Assembly: GCA_040905565.1 (NCBI GenBank) | Contig: JBBDRF010000047.1 | Span: 1 to 33,245 of the forward strand | Source: Phycisphaeraceae bacterium | GTDB taxonomy: Bacteria; Planctomycetota; Phycisphaerae; Phycisphaerales; Zrk34 | Direction of reading: 5' to 3' | Length of the DNA stretch: 33,245 nucleotides | Shown: positions 1 through 9,134 of the stretch, piece by piece | Numbering within the stretch: position 1 is the stretch's first letter | How the letters are laid out: every line of letters begins with the position of its first letter | Notes under the pieces: generated by a model | What the model was told of the DNA's origin: nothing | The model's input: the letters and a program-made list of their open reading frames with translations, nothing else | Database searches by the model: none | Translations under genes and position numbers: made by a program

Positions 1-1
1 C

Positions 2-1369
2 GCCTGCCAATCAACGCCTCAAAAAATCGACGCCCCCCTCACCGTCATGCTCGATCGCGAAGCCTACCCTGACGTCCGCCGCGCCGCCGCCGCTCAGGCC
101 GCCGCCGATCTGCCCGACGATGAATCACGCCTCGCCGCACTCGAAATTCTCCTCACCCAGCCCGGCCACGGCCGCCTCTGGCAGCAGTACGCCCTCGACG
201 AACTCGCCGCCGCCGACGAAGACCGCACCATCACCATCCTCGCCGCGCACCTCCACACGTTCAGCAGTTGGGACACCGTCAGCCACGCCCTCGATCTCGC
301 CGTCACCCACGATTGGCCCGCACTAATCCCCGCCATCGTCCGCCGTTACGCCGCAGAATCCCGCCGGTACCCCGACGTCGACCGCCCCGAGCGAGCCGCC
401 CTGCAAACCCTCGCCCCCAATCGCACCGTCGAAGAAATCGCCTTTGCCGTCTTCACCGACGCCGACCAAGATGACATCCGCGAACGGGCGGCCGCTTTCA
501 CGCTCTACGCCCGCCTCATTGATGATCACGACCAAACCATCGCCGAACTCACAACACTAGAAACCACCAACGACACACTAGTCCTTGATCTACAAGCCGC
601 TGCCGCCGAACTTAATATCATTCCCAATAATCTTGAAACCCTAACTTGGCTCCGCCTGCTCCGCACCGGCCTCCTCGGCAACCTCTGGCAGGTAGCCGCC
701 CCCCTCATCGCCGATTTCACCCCCGCCCAGCGTCAAGGCCTTGCCCTCCGTCATCTCCCCATCCTCGCCTACACCGCCCGCACCGAACCGGCCGTGCTCG
801 CCCACACGCAAAAACAGCTATATACACAGCTCCAAACGCACCTCGCCTCCGCCGATACCCACGGCCTCGGCTCCACCGTCGACGCCCTCGCCGACCACCC
901 CCAGCAGCTTGCCGCCTACCGCGATCAACTCGCCTGGGCTGACCTGCTCACCCTCCGCCTCATCACCCAGATGATGGCCGACCGCACCATCGTCGACCAA
1001 TGGTTCGCCCAGGCCGACGCCGACCATGCCGACACCACCACCGAACTCGGCGGCCTCATCCTCCCAAACCAAAACCTAAGTATCACCCCCGTTCTCTACG
1101 AACCAAGTGTCCGCCGCCATCCGAAAGCCTACTATGCTCCCCCTGAGCTCATCTTCGACGGCTACACCGCACTCGCTCACTATCATTTCCACGCTCAGGA
1201 ACATAACAACCGCCGATACGCAGGCCCCGGCGACGGCGACCTGCAACGCATCGGCGACCGGCACCAGTTCAACGGCCTCGTGCTAACCTTCATCGACCGC
1301 AACCGCCTGAACGTCGATTACTACCAGACGGGGCGAATCGTCGTCGATCTCGGCACCATCCACCGTTGA
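2..1369 (+). CDS. Hypothetical protein, probably 5'-truncated lipoprotein; helical/HEAT-like N-terminal part and C-terminal JAB/MPN-like motif
   Basis: The frame of ORF 47..1369 is open to the window edge (ACQSTPQKIDAPLTVM...; the A-C could be the end of a lipobox). Strong codon bias. C-terminus has ELGGLI...HYHFH...GPGDGD. Confidence 0.75.
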   Translation, partial: ACQSTPQKIDAPLTVMLDREAYPDVRRAAAAQAAADLPDDESRLAALEILLTQPGHGRLWQQYALDELAAADEDRTITILAAHLHTFSSWDTVSHALDLAVTHDWPALIPAIVRRYAAESRRYPDVDRPERAALQTLAPNRTVEEIAFAVFTDADQDDIRERAAAFTLYARLIDDHDQTIAELTTLETTNDTLVLDLQAAAAELNIIPNNLETLTWLRLLRTGLLGNLWQVAAPLIADFTPAQRQGLALRHLPILAYTARTEPAVLAHTQKQLYTQLQTHLASADTHGLGSTVDALADHPQQLAAYRDQLAWADLLTLRLITQMMADRTIVDQWFAQADADHADTTTELGGLILPNQNLSITPVLYEPSVRRHPKAYYAPPELIFDGYTALAHYHFHAQEHNNRRYAGPGDGDLQRIGDRHQFNGLVLTFIDRNRLNVDYYQTGRIVVDLGTIHR

Positions 1370-1415
1370 GAAGAGAAAAGGACCCCGCCTGCCGCTTCAT
1401 GCGATAAAATGGCGG

Positions 1416-2909
1416 ATGAGAGACTCCCCCGCGCGGTTGGGCCGTGCGGCAGCGAAAGCGACGCAAATGCAGATGTTCGTAATGCTTATGATGGTCGCGC
1501 TGATCGTGCACGACGCCGCCGCCGCCGACCTCGGCTTAAAGCCCCTCCTCACGGGGGCCGCCATGCCGTTGACGGTACTCTCTGCCTATGCGGTACTTGC
1601 AGCGATCATCGCCGGCGGGTGCTTCTGGGTCCAGCGCATTATGACCCACAGCCCCGGCCGCGCCCGCCCCTGGGTTCGCCGCCTCGAAGTCGCCCTGAAC
1701 GCCAGCCGGGCCGTCATTGTCGCGCTGTTCCTGACGCAAATCTATGTACTCGGCGGGCTTATGTGGCTACGCGAGACGCTCGGCAATTGGATTCTCCTCA
1801 ACGAAGTCCTCGCCATCCTCCCCGCCCTGGCCACCGTGGCGGTGACGTGGTGGGCTTACTATCCTATTGACCGCCGGATGCGCGAGGCTGCCTTGATCCG
1901 TCAGCTCGATCGCGGCGACCCCGTCTGGCCCATCTGGACACGCGGGCAGTACCTGCTTTCGCAGGTGCGACATCAGCTGTTACTTATGATGGTGCCACTG
2001 CTTGCGCTGCTCGGCTGGACGCAGATCGTCGACTCGTTCCTCGTCCCCGAGCACCCCTGGATCGCCTACCGCTCCGCCTTCACGCTCAGCGGCGGGCTCG
2101 CGATCTTCCTTGCTGCCCCGCTGATGATCCGGCACGTCTGGGATACCATCCCTCTGGCCGAGGGCGAACTGCGGACCCGGCTGTTGGCACTGTGCGATTG
2201 TTACCACGTGCGAATACGGGAGTTACTGCTTTGGAGGACGTACGGCGGCATCGTCAACGGGGCCGTGATGGGCCTCATCGGCAAGACGCGGTATATCCTG
2301 CTGACGGACGGACTTATCGAACGGCTAGAGGATGACGAGGTCGAAGCCGTCATGGCCCACGAACTCGGGCACGTCAGGCGGCATCACATGCCCTGGCTGG
2401 CGATCTGCGCCATCACGGTGCTCATGGCATGGTCGACGGTGCTGGAATATGCGATCATGCGGGTGGAATCGTTACCTGGGTTGCAGGAAGCGGTTACGGC
2501 ATCCTACTGGCGTGAGATGAGCGACGTGGCGATGATCGGCCTCCTGCTCGGCGGCTGGTATGTCGCATTCGGGTACATCTCCCGGCGGTTCGAACGGCAA
2601 GCCGACACCTTCGCCGCACAGCACCTCACCCAGCGCCTTGCGGAGGATCGGGGTGAAACGGCGGCGACCATCAGCAGTGAAGGTGCGGAAATCATGAGCA
2701 GGGCGTTGTTTAGAGTCTCCGCCCTCAGCCACGCCCCCGCCGACCGACCCAGCTGGCGGCACGGGTCGATCACCTGGCGCGCCAATTACCTCAGAAGTCT
2801 AGTCGGCTGCCCGCTTTACCGATGCCCGATCGACGGCGAAGTCCAGATGATCCGAGGCGTCTGCGTCCTGCTCGGCCTCGCGGCGCTGGCGCTGACCTAC
2901 GGCGGGTGA
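1416..2909 (+). CDS. M48 family (Ste24/HtpX-like) membrane zinc metalloprotease
   Basis: Multiple TM segments, NGAVMG, ILLTDGL, AVMAHELGH (HEXXH) and SRRFERQAD motifs. Confidence 0.9.
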   Translation: MRDSPARLGRAAAKATQMQMFVMLMMVALIVHDAAAADLGLKPLLTGAAMPLTVLSAYAVLAAIIAGGCFWVQRIMTHSPGRARPWVRRLEVALNASRAVIVALFLTQIYVLGGLMWLRETLGNWILLNEVLAILPALATVAVTWWAYYPIDRRMREAALIRQLDRGDPVWPIWTRGQYLLSQVRHQLLLMMVPLLALLGWTQIVDSFLVPEHPWIAYRSAFTLSGGLAIFLAAPLMIRHVWDTIPLAEGELRTRLLALCDCYHVRIRELLLWRTYGGIVNGAVMGLIGKTRYILLTDGLIERLEDDEVEAVMAHELGHVRRHHMPWLAICAITVLMAWSTVLEYAIMRVESLPGLQEAVTASYWREMSDVAMIGLLLGGWYVAFGYISRRFERQADTFAAQHLTQRLAEDRGETAATISSEGAEIMSRALFRVSALSHAPADRPSWRHGSITWRANYLRSLVGCPLYRCPIDGEVQMIRGVCVLLGLAALALTYGG

Positions 2910-2943
2910 CGGCGAAGGCGGTCGACGTTATCATGGTGACATC

Positions 2944-3825
2944 ATGAAGTTTACGAAGATGCACGGTATCGGTAACGACTACGTTTACGTCAACGGCTTC
3001 ACCGAAAAAGTCGATGACCCCGCAGCCCTTGCCCCCCGGATCAGCGATCGGCATACGGGGGTGGGCGGCGACGGGCTGATTCTGGTGCTGCCGCCTGAGG
3101 AGGGCGTCGCTGCGGATGTGCGGATGCGGATGTTCAACGCGGACGGCTCGGAGTCGGAGATGTGTGGCAACGGCGTGCGTTGTGTCGCCAAGTACGCCCA
3201 TGACCACGGGTTAGCGACGGCGAATCCGATGCGGGTGCAGACGGGCAACGGCGTGCTGAACATCGTTCACTCGGCTGACGGGGCGGGGAAGCTTGCGCTG
3301 GCGACGGTGGACATGGGGGAGCCGATCCTTAAGGCGGCGAAGGTGCCGGTGGCGGTGCCTGGCGTCGCGCAAGATCAGCGCGTGGTTGATGTTGAGATGG
3401 ATTGGCCGGCGGGCTGCGAGGCTCTGGCGGCGGCGGTGAAGGGGGGGGTGACGTGTGTTTCGATGGGCAACCCGCACGCGATGTTCTATGTTGACGACGT
3501 GGCGGCGGTGGAGCTTGAGCGGGTCGGCCCGTTACTTGAGAAGCATCCGTGGTTTGTGAACCGGATGAACGTGCATTTTGTGCAAGTGCATTCCGAAGCT
3601 GAGGCCACGATGCGGACGTGGGAGCGGGGCAGCGGGATCACGCTGGCGTGCGGGACGGGGGCCTCGGCGGTGTGCGTGGCTGGGGTGCTGACGGGGCGGA
3701 GCGGGAGGAAGCTGCTGGCCCATCTGCCGGGCGGTGATCTGGAGCTTGAGTGGCGCGAATCGGACGGCCGGGTCTACATGACGGGGCCGGCGACTGAGGT
3801 TTTTACGGGCGAGTGGCCGGCGTAA
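2944..3825 (+). CDS. dapF: Diaminopimelate epimerase
   Basis: MKFTKMHGIGNDY, EMCGNGVRC, SMGNPH, WERGSGITLACGTGA. Confidence 0.98.
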   Translation: MKFTKMHGIGNDYVYVNGFTEKVDDPAALAPRISDRHTGVGGDGLILVLPPEEGVAADVRMRMFNADGSESEMCGNGVRCVAKYAHDHGLATANPMRVQTGNGVLNIVHSADGAGKLALATVDMGEPILKAAKVPVAVPGVAQDQRVVDVEMDWPAGCEALAAAVKGGVTCVSMGNPHAMFYVDDVAAVELERVGPLLEKHPWFVNRMNVHFVQVHSEAEATMRTWERGSGITLACGTGASAVCVAGVLTGRSGRKLLAHLPGGDLELEWRESDGRVYMTGPATEVFTGEWPA

Positions 3826-3837
3826 AGCGGGTGCGCA

Positions 3838-4818
3838 TCAGTCGTTCGTCGGCGCATCAGGCTGTCGCTGGAGCGCCATTTCGAGCCGATTATTGTGGGT
3901 TTTCAGGTGTTGGCGTGCAGTTTCGGCATCTAGCTGGTGCTTGTGCATCACAATGGCGGTCTTGACTTCGCCGTCTGCTTCCTCGAGGGTGCGCAAGGAA
4001 GCGTCGCGGTCGAGGCCGGTCAAAGTGGCGATGATGCGGGCAGCTCGGTCGCGTAATTTGTCGTTGGTGGCGCGAAGTTCGACCATGAGATTTTCGTGGA
4101 CGCGGCCATCACGGATCATAAGCGTTGTAGAGATGATGTTGAGCGCCCGTTTGGTGGCGGTGCCGGCTTTCATGCGCGTGGAACCGGTGATGACCTCGGG
4201 GCCGGTGGGCAGGAGGAGGAGGTGTGTTTTGGGATCGTCGGTGGAGTCCCACGGCGGCACGCTGTGGGCGTCGTCGGGGGGGGCGTCGGTGGGGGGGAGT
4301 GGGGTGCAGGTGATGAGGGCGCGGAGGGTTTGAGGAGAAGTTAGTTTGGTGTGTTCGAGTGCGCCTAGTGCGTAGGGAGTGGTGCCGCCTGCTGCGATGG
4401 CGATGACGGTGTCTAGGGAGGTTAGGTTTAGTTTATTAAGTTCGGGTGCGGCACCATTATAGTTATCTTCGGCGCCTTCGACGGGGGTGCGGAGGGCGGC
4501 GTCGCCGCCTGCGATGATGCCGATGACGCGACCGGGCGGCACGTCGAATGTCGGCGGGGCTTCGGAAGCATCGAGTACCGCTAAGCGACCGCTGGTGCCT
4601 GCACCGAGATAGATAAGGCGGCCGCCTGCGATGAAGCGCGGCTCGGCTTCTTCAAGGAAAGCACTGAGGGCGGGCTCGGCGGTGGCCATGGCGGTGAGAA
4701 CGGTTTCATCCTCACGCCGGATGGTGCGAACTAGATCTGCGACCGAGAGCTTGTGCAGATTCATCGTGCGCGGATTGCGCTGTTCGGTCAGCAGATGGGA
4801 GCGGTTGGGGAGAGTCAT
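3838..4818 (-). CDS. murQ: N-acetylmuramic acid 6-phosphate etherase
   Basis: TEQRNP, GRLIYLGAGTSGRL, LDASEAPPTF, EGAED, GPEVITGSTRMKAGTATK, N-K-L-R-D-R motif. Confidence 0.95.
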   Translation of the reverse strand: MTLPNRSHLLTEQRNPRTMNLHKLSVADLVRTIRREDETVLTAMATAEPALSAFLEEAEPRFIAGGRLIYLGAGTSGRLAVLDASEAPPTFDVPPGRVIGIIAGGDAALRTPVEGAEDNYNGAAPELNKLNLTSLDTVIAIAAGGTTPYALGALEHTKLTSPQTLRALITCTPLPPTDAPPDDAHSVPPWDSTDDPKTHLLLLPTGPEVITGSTRMKAGTATKRALNIISTTLMIRDGRVHENLMVELRATNDKLRDRAARIIATLTGLDRDASLRTLEEADGEVKTAIVMHKHQLDAETARQHLKTHNNRLEMALQRQPDAPTND

Positions 4819-4872
4819 TTATTTATTATGTTTTGAGCTGTGGTTTGTGAATGATGGGAAACGGCGGGGGGG

Positions 4873-6288
4873 CTAGTTTTTGACGCCGGGTTCGGTCATG
4901 GACCAGGGTCCGAGGAGGGCGTCGAGTTTGTCGGCATCAAGTATGTTGCGTTCCAGGGCGATCTGGCGGACGGTTTTGCCTTGTTTGAAGGCGGTTTTGG
5001 CGATGTCGGCGGCGTTGTCATAGCCGATGACGGGGGCGAGTGAAGTGCACATGGCTAGGGACTGCTCAATAAGGTCGGCGCAGCGCTTCTTGTCGGGCTT
5101 GAGGTCTTTGAGTAGGTTTTCGTTGAAGACGTCGGCGGCGCGGCTGAGCAGATGGATGGATTCGACGAGGTTTCGGGCCATGACGGGCATGGCGACGTTG
5201 AGGTCGATGAGGGAGCCGACGCCTCCGAAGCCTGCGTAGGTGATGGTGGCGTCGTTGCCGATGACCTGACAGGCGACCTGGACGACGGATTCGGCGATGA
5301 CGGGGTTGACCTTGCCGGGCATGATGGAGGAGCCTGGCTGAATGGCGGGGAGGACGAGTTCGCCGAGGCCGCAGCGGGGGCCGGAGCCTAGCCAGCGGAT
5401 GTCGTTGGCGATTTTGGAGAGGCTGACGGCGATGGTTTTGAGCAGGCCGCTTGCTTCGACGGAGGAATCCTGGGTGGCTTGTGCTTCGAAGTGGTTGCGT
5501 GCTTCGGTGAATTTGCACTTGGTGGATTGCGAGAGTTTCTGGCAGACGAGCTTGGCGAAGCGGGGGTGTGTGTTGATGCCGGTGCCGACTGCTGTGCCGC
5601 CGATGGCGAGTTCGCTGAGGGTGGCGATGGCGCGGTCGGTGCGATCGATGGCGTATTCGATCTGGGCGGCGTAACCGCTGAACTCCTGGCCGAGGCGGAT
5701 GGGGGTGGCATCCTGGAGATGGGTGCGGCCGATTTTGACGACGTTGTCCCACTGTTTGGCTTTGCGAGCGAGTGCGGTGTGCAGGCGTTTGAGTGCGGGG
5801 CGGAGGTCGTTTTTGAGCATGAGCACCGCGGCGATGTGCATGGCGGTGGGGAAGGTATCGTTGGAGGACTGGCCGTAGTTGACGTGGTCGTTGGGGTGGA
5901 CGGGATCTTTGGAGCCGATGGGTTTGCCGGCGAGCTGGGAGCAGCGGTTGGCGATAACCTCGTTGGCGTTCATGTTGGTGGAGGTGCCGGAGCCGGTCTG
6001 GAAGACGTCGACGGGGAAGTGCTGATCGAGCTTGCCGGTGGCGACTTCGTCGCAGGCCTGGACGATGAGCTTGGCGATCTTCGGTTCGATGGTTTTGAGC
6101 TGTTGGTTGGCCTGGGCGCAGGCGGCTTTGAGGCGGCCGAACGCGTGGACGACCTCGACGGGCACGGGGCGACCGCTGACGGGGAAGTTGAGGACGGCCC
6201 GCTGGGTGGAGGCGCCGTAGAGGGCGTCGGCGGGGACGGACATTTCGCCCATGGAATCCTTCTCGATGCGGTCGGAGTTGCGTGCCAT
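4873..6288 (-). CDS. fumC: Class II fumarate hydratase
   Basis: RIEKDSMGE, FQTGSGTSTNMNANEV, GRTHLQDATP, GSSIMPGKVNP. Start moved to ATG 6288 (MARNSD) with AGGA upstream; the longer ORF start overlaps rnhA. Confidence 0.96.
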   Translation of the reverse strand: MARNSDRIEKDSMGEMSVPADALYGASTQRAVLNFPVSGRPVPVEVVHAFGRLKAACAQANQQLKTIEPKIAKLIVQACDEVATGKLDQHFPVDVFQTGSGTSTNMNANEVIANRCSQLAGKPIGSKDPVHPNDHVNYGQSSNDTFPTAMHIAAVLMLKNDLRPALKRLHTALARKAKQWDNVVKIGRTHLQDATPIRLGQEFSGYAAQIEYAIDRTDRAIATLSELAIGGTAVGTGINTHPRFAKLVCQKLSQSTKCKFTEARNHFEAQATQDSSVEASGLLKTIAVSLSKIANDIRWLGSGPRCGLGELVLPAIQPGSSIMPGKVNPVIAESVVQVACQVIGNDATITYAGFGGVGSLIDLNVAMPVMARNLVESIHLLSRAADVFNENLLKDLKPDKKRCADLIEQSLAMCTSLAPVIGYDNAADIAKTAFKQGKTVRQIALERNILDADKLDALLGPWSMTEPGVKN

Positions 6289-6371
6289 GGTGGCTGTGTT
6301 CCTGTGGTTGGGAGGTCGGAAGTTGGGTCGTGGTTGGGAGGATAACAGACGGCGGGGGCGTGGTGGGGGGG

Positions 6372-6878
6372 TTAGAAGTCGGGGGTTTGGGCGAGTTCTT
6401 TTTCGCGTAGGGCTTCCATGGAGGCGAGTTCGTCGCAGCGTTCGTTCTCGGCGTGGCCTGCGTGGCCTTTGGTCCATTCGACTTCGACATTGTGCTGGGC
6501 GATGAGCTGATCGATGGTTTGCCAGAGGTCGGCGTTGAGGACGGGCTTGCGGTCGGCTTTGCGCCAGTTGCGTTTTTTCCAGCCGGCCATCCAGGAGTTG
6601 ATGCCGTTGAGGACGTATTTGCTGTCGGAGCAGAGGATGACGGTGGCGGAGGGGGGGAGGTTGCGGAGGCCTTGGATGACGGCGGCGAGTTCCATGCGGT
6701 TGTTGGTGGTGCTGGGTTCGCCGCCGCTGTATTCGCGTTCTTCGCCGGTCTGACGATCGCGGAGGATGCAGGCCCAGCCGCCTGGTCCGGGGTTGCCGAG
6801 GCAGGCGCCGTCGGTGTAGAGCTCGATGACGGGGGCGTTGTTGGAGGGGCGGTTGTTATTGGATGAGGCTTGGGCCAT
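6372..6878 (-). CDS. rnhA: Ribonuclease HI
   Basis: YTDGACLGNPGPGGW, TTNNRMEL, SDSKYV, WTKGHAGHAENERCD. Confidence 0.97.
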   Translation of the reverse strand: MAQASSNNNRPSNNAPVIELYTDGACLGNPGPGGWACILRDRQTGEEREYSGGEPSTTNNRMELAAVIQGLRNLPPSATVILCSDSKYVLNGINSWMAGWKKRNWRKADRKPVLNADLWQTIDQLIAQHNVEVEWTKGHAGHAENERCDELASMEALREKELAQTPDF

Positions 6879-6968
6879 CTGCGAGACTCCGGCAATCTAG
6901 GCGACTTTGCGGTGGGCGGATTGGGGGAAAAAGGCGCATGATAGCCCAAAATCGGCGTTTTGGGGTGT

Positions 6969-6995
6969 TAACCGTTAGGGGGTGGGCGTCGATAG
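6969..6995 (+). promoter_or_regulatory. Candidate sigma-28 (FliA)-type promoter of the Hpt gene
   Basis: TAAC-N15-GTCGATAG versus consensus TAAA-N15-GCCGATAA, 42 nt upstream of the ATG. Confidence 0.4.
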
Positions 6996-7037
6996 CTAAA
7001 TTGGGCCCGACGGGCGTCGGGCTTTGGAGGACGCATC

Positions 7038-7394
7038 ATGCTTGGAATCATGCACGATAGTGGGACGATCGAGAGTGGGGCTGAGGAACTGGCGGTGCTG
7101 GTGAGTCCGCTGGCGGGGCAGGCGAACTACCGGCCGCTCGTGGCGTGGTTTGTGAAGGGTTTGCCGTTGCGGGTGGATGCGATGCGGCAGGCGACGAGGA
7201 CGGGGGCGTGGGAGGATCTGGCGCGGCTGGCGCATCAGCTGAAGGGGGCGGGGGCGAGCTATGGGTATCCTGCGATCAGCGAAGCGGCGGCGGGGCTGGA
7301 GCGGGCGGCACGGGAGCAATCGCATCAGCAGGCGAGGGAATGCTGTGAGCAGTTGTCGGGGCAGTGCGAAGCGGCGCGACGTGGGTTGGCGTGA
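7038..7394 (+). CDS. Stand-alone Hpt (histidine phosphotransfer) domain protein
   Basis: LARLAHQLKGAGASYGYPAISEAAAGLE motif; GGAGG 7 nt before ATG 7038. Confidence 0.9.
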   Translation: MLGIMHDSGTIESGAEELAVLVSPLAGQANYRPLVAWFVKGLPLRVDAMRQATRTGAWEDLARLAHQLKGAGASYGYPAISEAAAGLERAAREQSHQQARECCEQLSGQCEAARRGLA

Positions 7395-7506
7395 AGGGGG
7401 GGGGCGGGGCGGGCGAGGGTGCGGAAGGTGGGAGTGGGGGTTATACTGAACGGTTCGTGGTTGTGGGGGGATCTTTTCATGTTCTACCACCCAAAGGGGA
7501 GTGACT

Positions 7507-8037
7507 ATGGGCCTGCTCAACGGCAAGCACATTCTGATGTTCGTCGACGATATCTATGAAGATCTCGAGCTTTGGTATCCGAAGCTGCGGCTGATGGAGG
7601 AGGGGGCGGGTGTGACGATTGCCGGTCCTGAGATGAGCACGATCTATAAGGGGAAAAACGGGTATCCGTGCCAATCGGATGCGGCGATCGACATGATGAT
7701 CGAGAAGGATTTCGACGGGCTGGTCATCCCCGGCGGGTTCGCACCGGATAAGCTGCGGCGCGACCCGAACGTGCTGGACCTGACGCGGCAGTTCCACGAG
7801 AGCCATAAGCTGGTGGCGCATATCTGTCATGCGGGGTGGATTCCGATCTCGGCGAAGATTGTGCAGGGGTTCAAGCTGACGAGCACGCCTGGCATCAAGG
7901 ATGATCTGATCAATGCGGGTGCGACGTGGGTGGATGAAGCGGTCGTGATCGATCGGCATCAGGTGACGAGCCGGCGACCGAGCGATCTGCCGCAGTTCTG
8001 TCAGGGGATTATTGAGGTGCTCAAGGGGACGGATTGA
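7507..8037 (+). CDS. DJ-1/PfpI family protein (type 1 glutamine amidotransferase-like)
   Basis: YEDLELWYP, IPGGFAPDKLRR, AHICHAGW, TSRRPSDL; GGGGAG upstream of ATG 7507. Confidence 0.93.
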   Translation: MGLLNGKHILMFVDDIYEDLELWYPKLRLMEEGAGVTIAGPEMSTIYKGKNGYPCQSDAAIDMMIEKDFDGLVIPGGFAPDKLRRDPNVLDLTRQFHESHKLVAHICHAGWIPISAKIVQGFKLTSTPGIKDDLINAGATWVDEAVVIDRHQVTSRRPSDLPQFCQGIIEVLKGTD

Positions 8038-8101
8038 GGGAGGTGGGGGCGGGTGTGATACAATGGTTCGCTTCGCCCGCATCGCAGGAAGGAACGCTAT
8101 C

Positions 8102-8581
8102 GTGCCAAAGGTTATCGAAGGCAAAGTGACGGCTGACAAGCTTCGGCTGGGCATTGTGGTCGCACGCTTCAACAGTTTCATTACCGATAAGCTGCTCGAA
8201 GGAGCGCTCGGCACGATCACGCGGCACGGCGGCGACGCAGAGGCGGTGACCGTGGTGCATGTGCCCGGCAGTCTGGAACTCGGCGTGACGGCGAAGCAGA
8301 TGGCGGCGAGCGGTCGCTTCGATGCGGTGATCTGTCTGGGCTGTGTGATTCAGGGTGCGACGGCTCACTACGATTGCGTGGTGCAGGGCACGACGCAGGG
8401 CATCACGCAGGCGGCGATGGAGACGGGGCGGCCGGTGATCTTCGGCGTGCTGACATGCGAGACGCTGGAGCAGGCGATCGAGCGATCGGGGTCGAAGATG
8501 GGCAACGCCGGGGCGAGTGCGGCACTGGCGGCGATCGAGATGAGCCACGTGATGAAGCAGATCAGTGCGGGGGAAGCATGA
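8102..8581 (+). CDS. ribH: 6,7-dimethyl-8-ribityllumazine synthase
   Basis: IVVARFNSFIT, VPGSLEL, LGCVIQGATAHYD, FGVLT, EQAIERSG. GTG start at 8102 after AGGAAGGA. Confidence 0.96.
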   Translation: MPKVIEGKVTADKLRLGIVVARFNSFITDKLLEGALGTITRHGGDAEAVTVVHVPGSLELGVTAKQMAASGRFDAVICLGCVIQGATAHYDCVVQGTTQGITQAAMETGRPVIFGVLTCETLEQAIERSGSKMGNAGASAALAAIEMSHVMKQISAGEA

Positions 8582-9090
8582 GCAATCGTCGTCAAGTGCG
8601 TGAACTGGCGCTGCAGATGCTTTATCAGCTGGATGCGCGCGGCGAGGCGGACCTGGAGCAGATCTCGGCGACCGTGCAGGAAGCGCCGTTCGGTCACGAG
8701 GTCCGCAAGCAGGCGACGCAGCTGGCGGAGCAGGCGTGGGCGCAGCGGGCGACGGCGGATGAGCTGGCCAGTGAGGTCGCTCCGGATTGGCCCACGCATC
8801 GGCAGCCCGTGGTCGATCGGAATCTGATTCGACTTGCGTATCACGAGATGGTCAGCGGCCGGGCGCCGACGGCGGTGGCGATTAACGAAGCGATCGAGCT
8901 GGCCAAGAGCTACAGCTCGGAGCGCAGCCCGTCGTTCATCAACGGGGTGCTGGACCGCCTGGCGCGGAAGCTTCATGAGAAGCCCGGCGCTGAGGGCGAG
9001 GCCGATGCGAGTGCTGGGCCGGCGGCTGAGCCGAGCACCGGTGATGCGTGGCTGGATGATGCCATCAAGGACAAACCCGACGCTGAGTGA
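8578..9090 (+). CDS. nusB: Transcription antitermination factor NusB
   Basis: RRQVRELALQMLYQ, VDRNLIRLA, VAINEAIELAK, FINGVLD; ATGA overlap with ribH. Confidence 0.95.
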   Translation: MSNRRQVRELALQMLYQLDARGEADLEQISATVQEAPFGHEVRKQATQLAEQAWAQRATADELASEVAPDWPTHRQPVVDRNLIRLAYHEMVSGRAPTAVAINEAIELAKSYSSERSPSFINGVLDRLARKLHEKPGAEGEADASAGPAAEPSTGDAWLDDAIKDKPDAE

Positions 9091-9134
9091 CCGCGCGTTG
9101 CTCAGCGTGTGACCATACGTGGGAACCGCCCGAC

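Noticed and set aside
1370..3050. Replication origin at the C-to-G skew switch
   Set aside because: The region is almost fully coding, with no DnaA-box cluster, AT-rich unwinding element or dnaA/parAB genes.
6289..6477. 63-aa N-terminal extension of FumC
   Set aside because: It overlaps rnhA and is Arg/Pro low-complexity; family homology begins at Met 6288.
5066..6949. 627-aa minus-strand ORF overlapping fumC and rnhA
   Set aside because: Out-of-frame shadow of two well-supported genes; Pro/Arg/Ser-rich composition results from codon skew.
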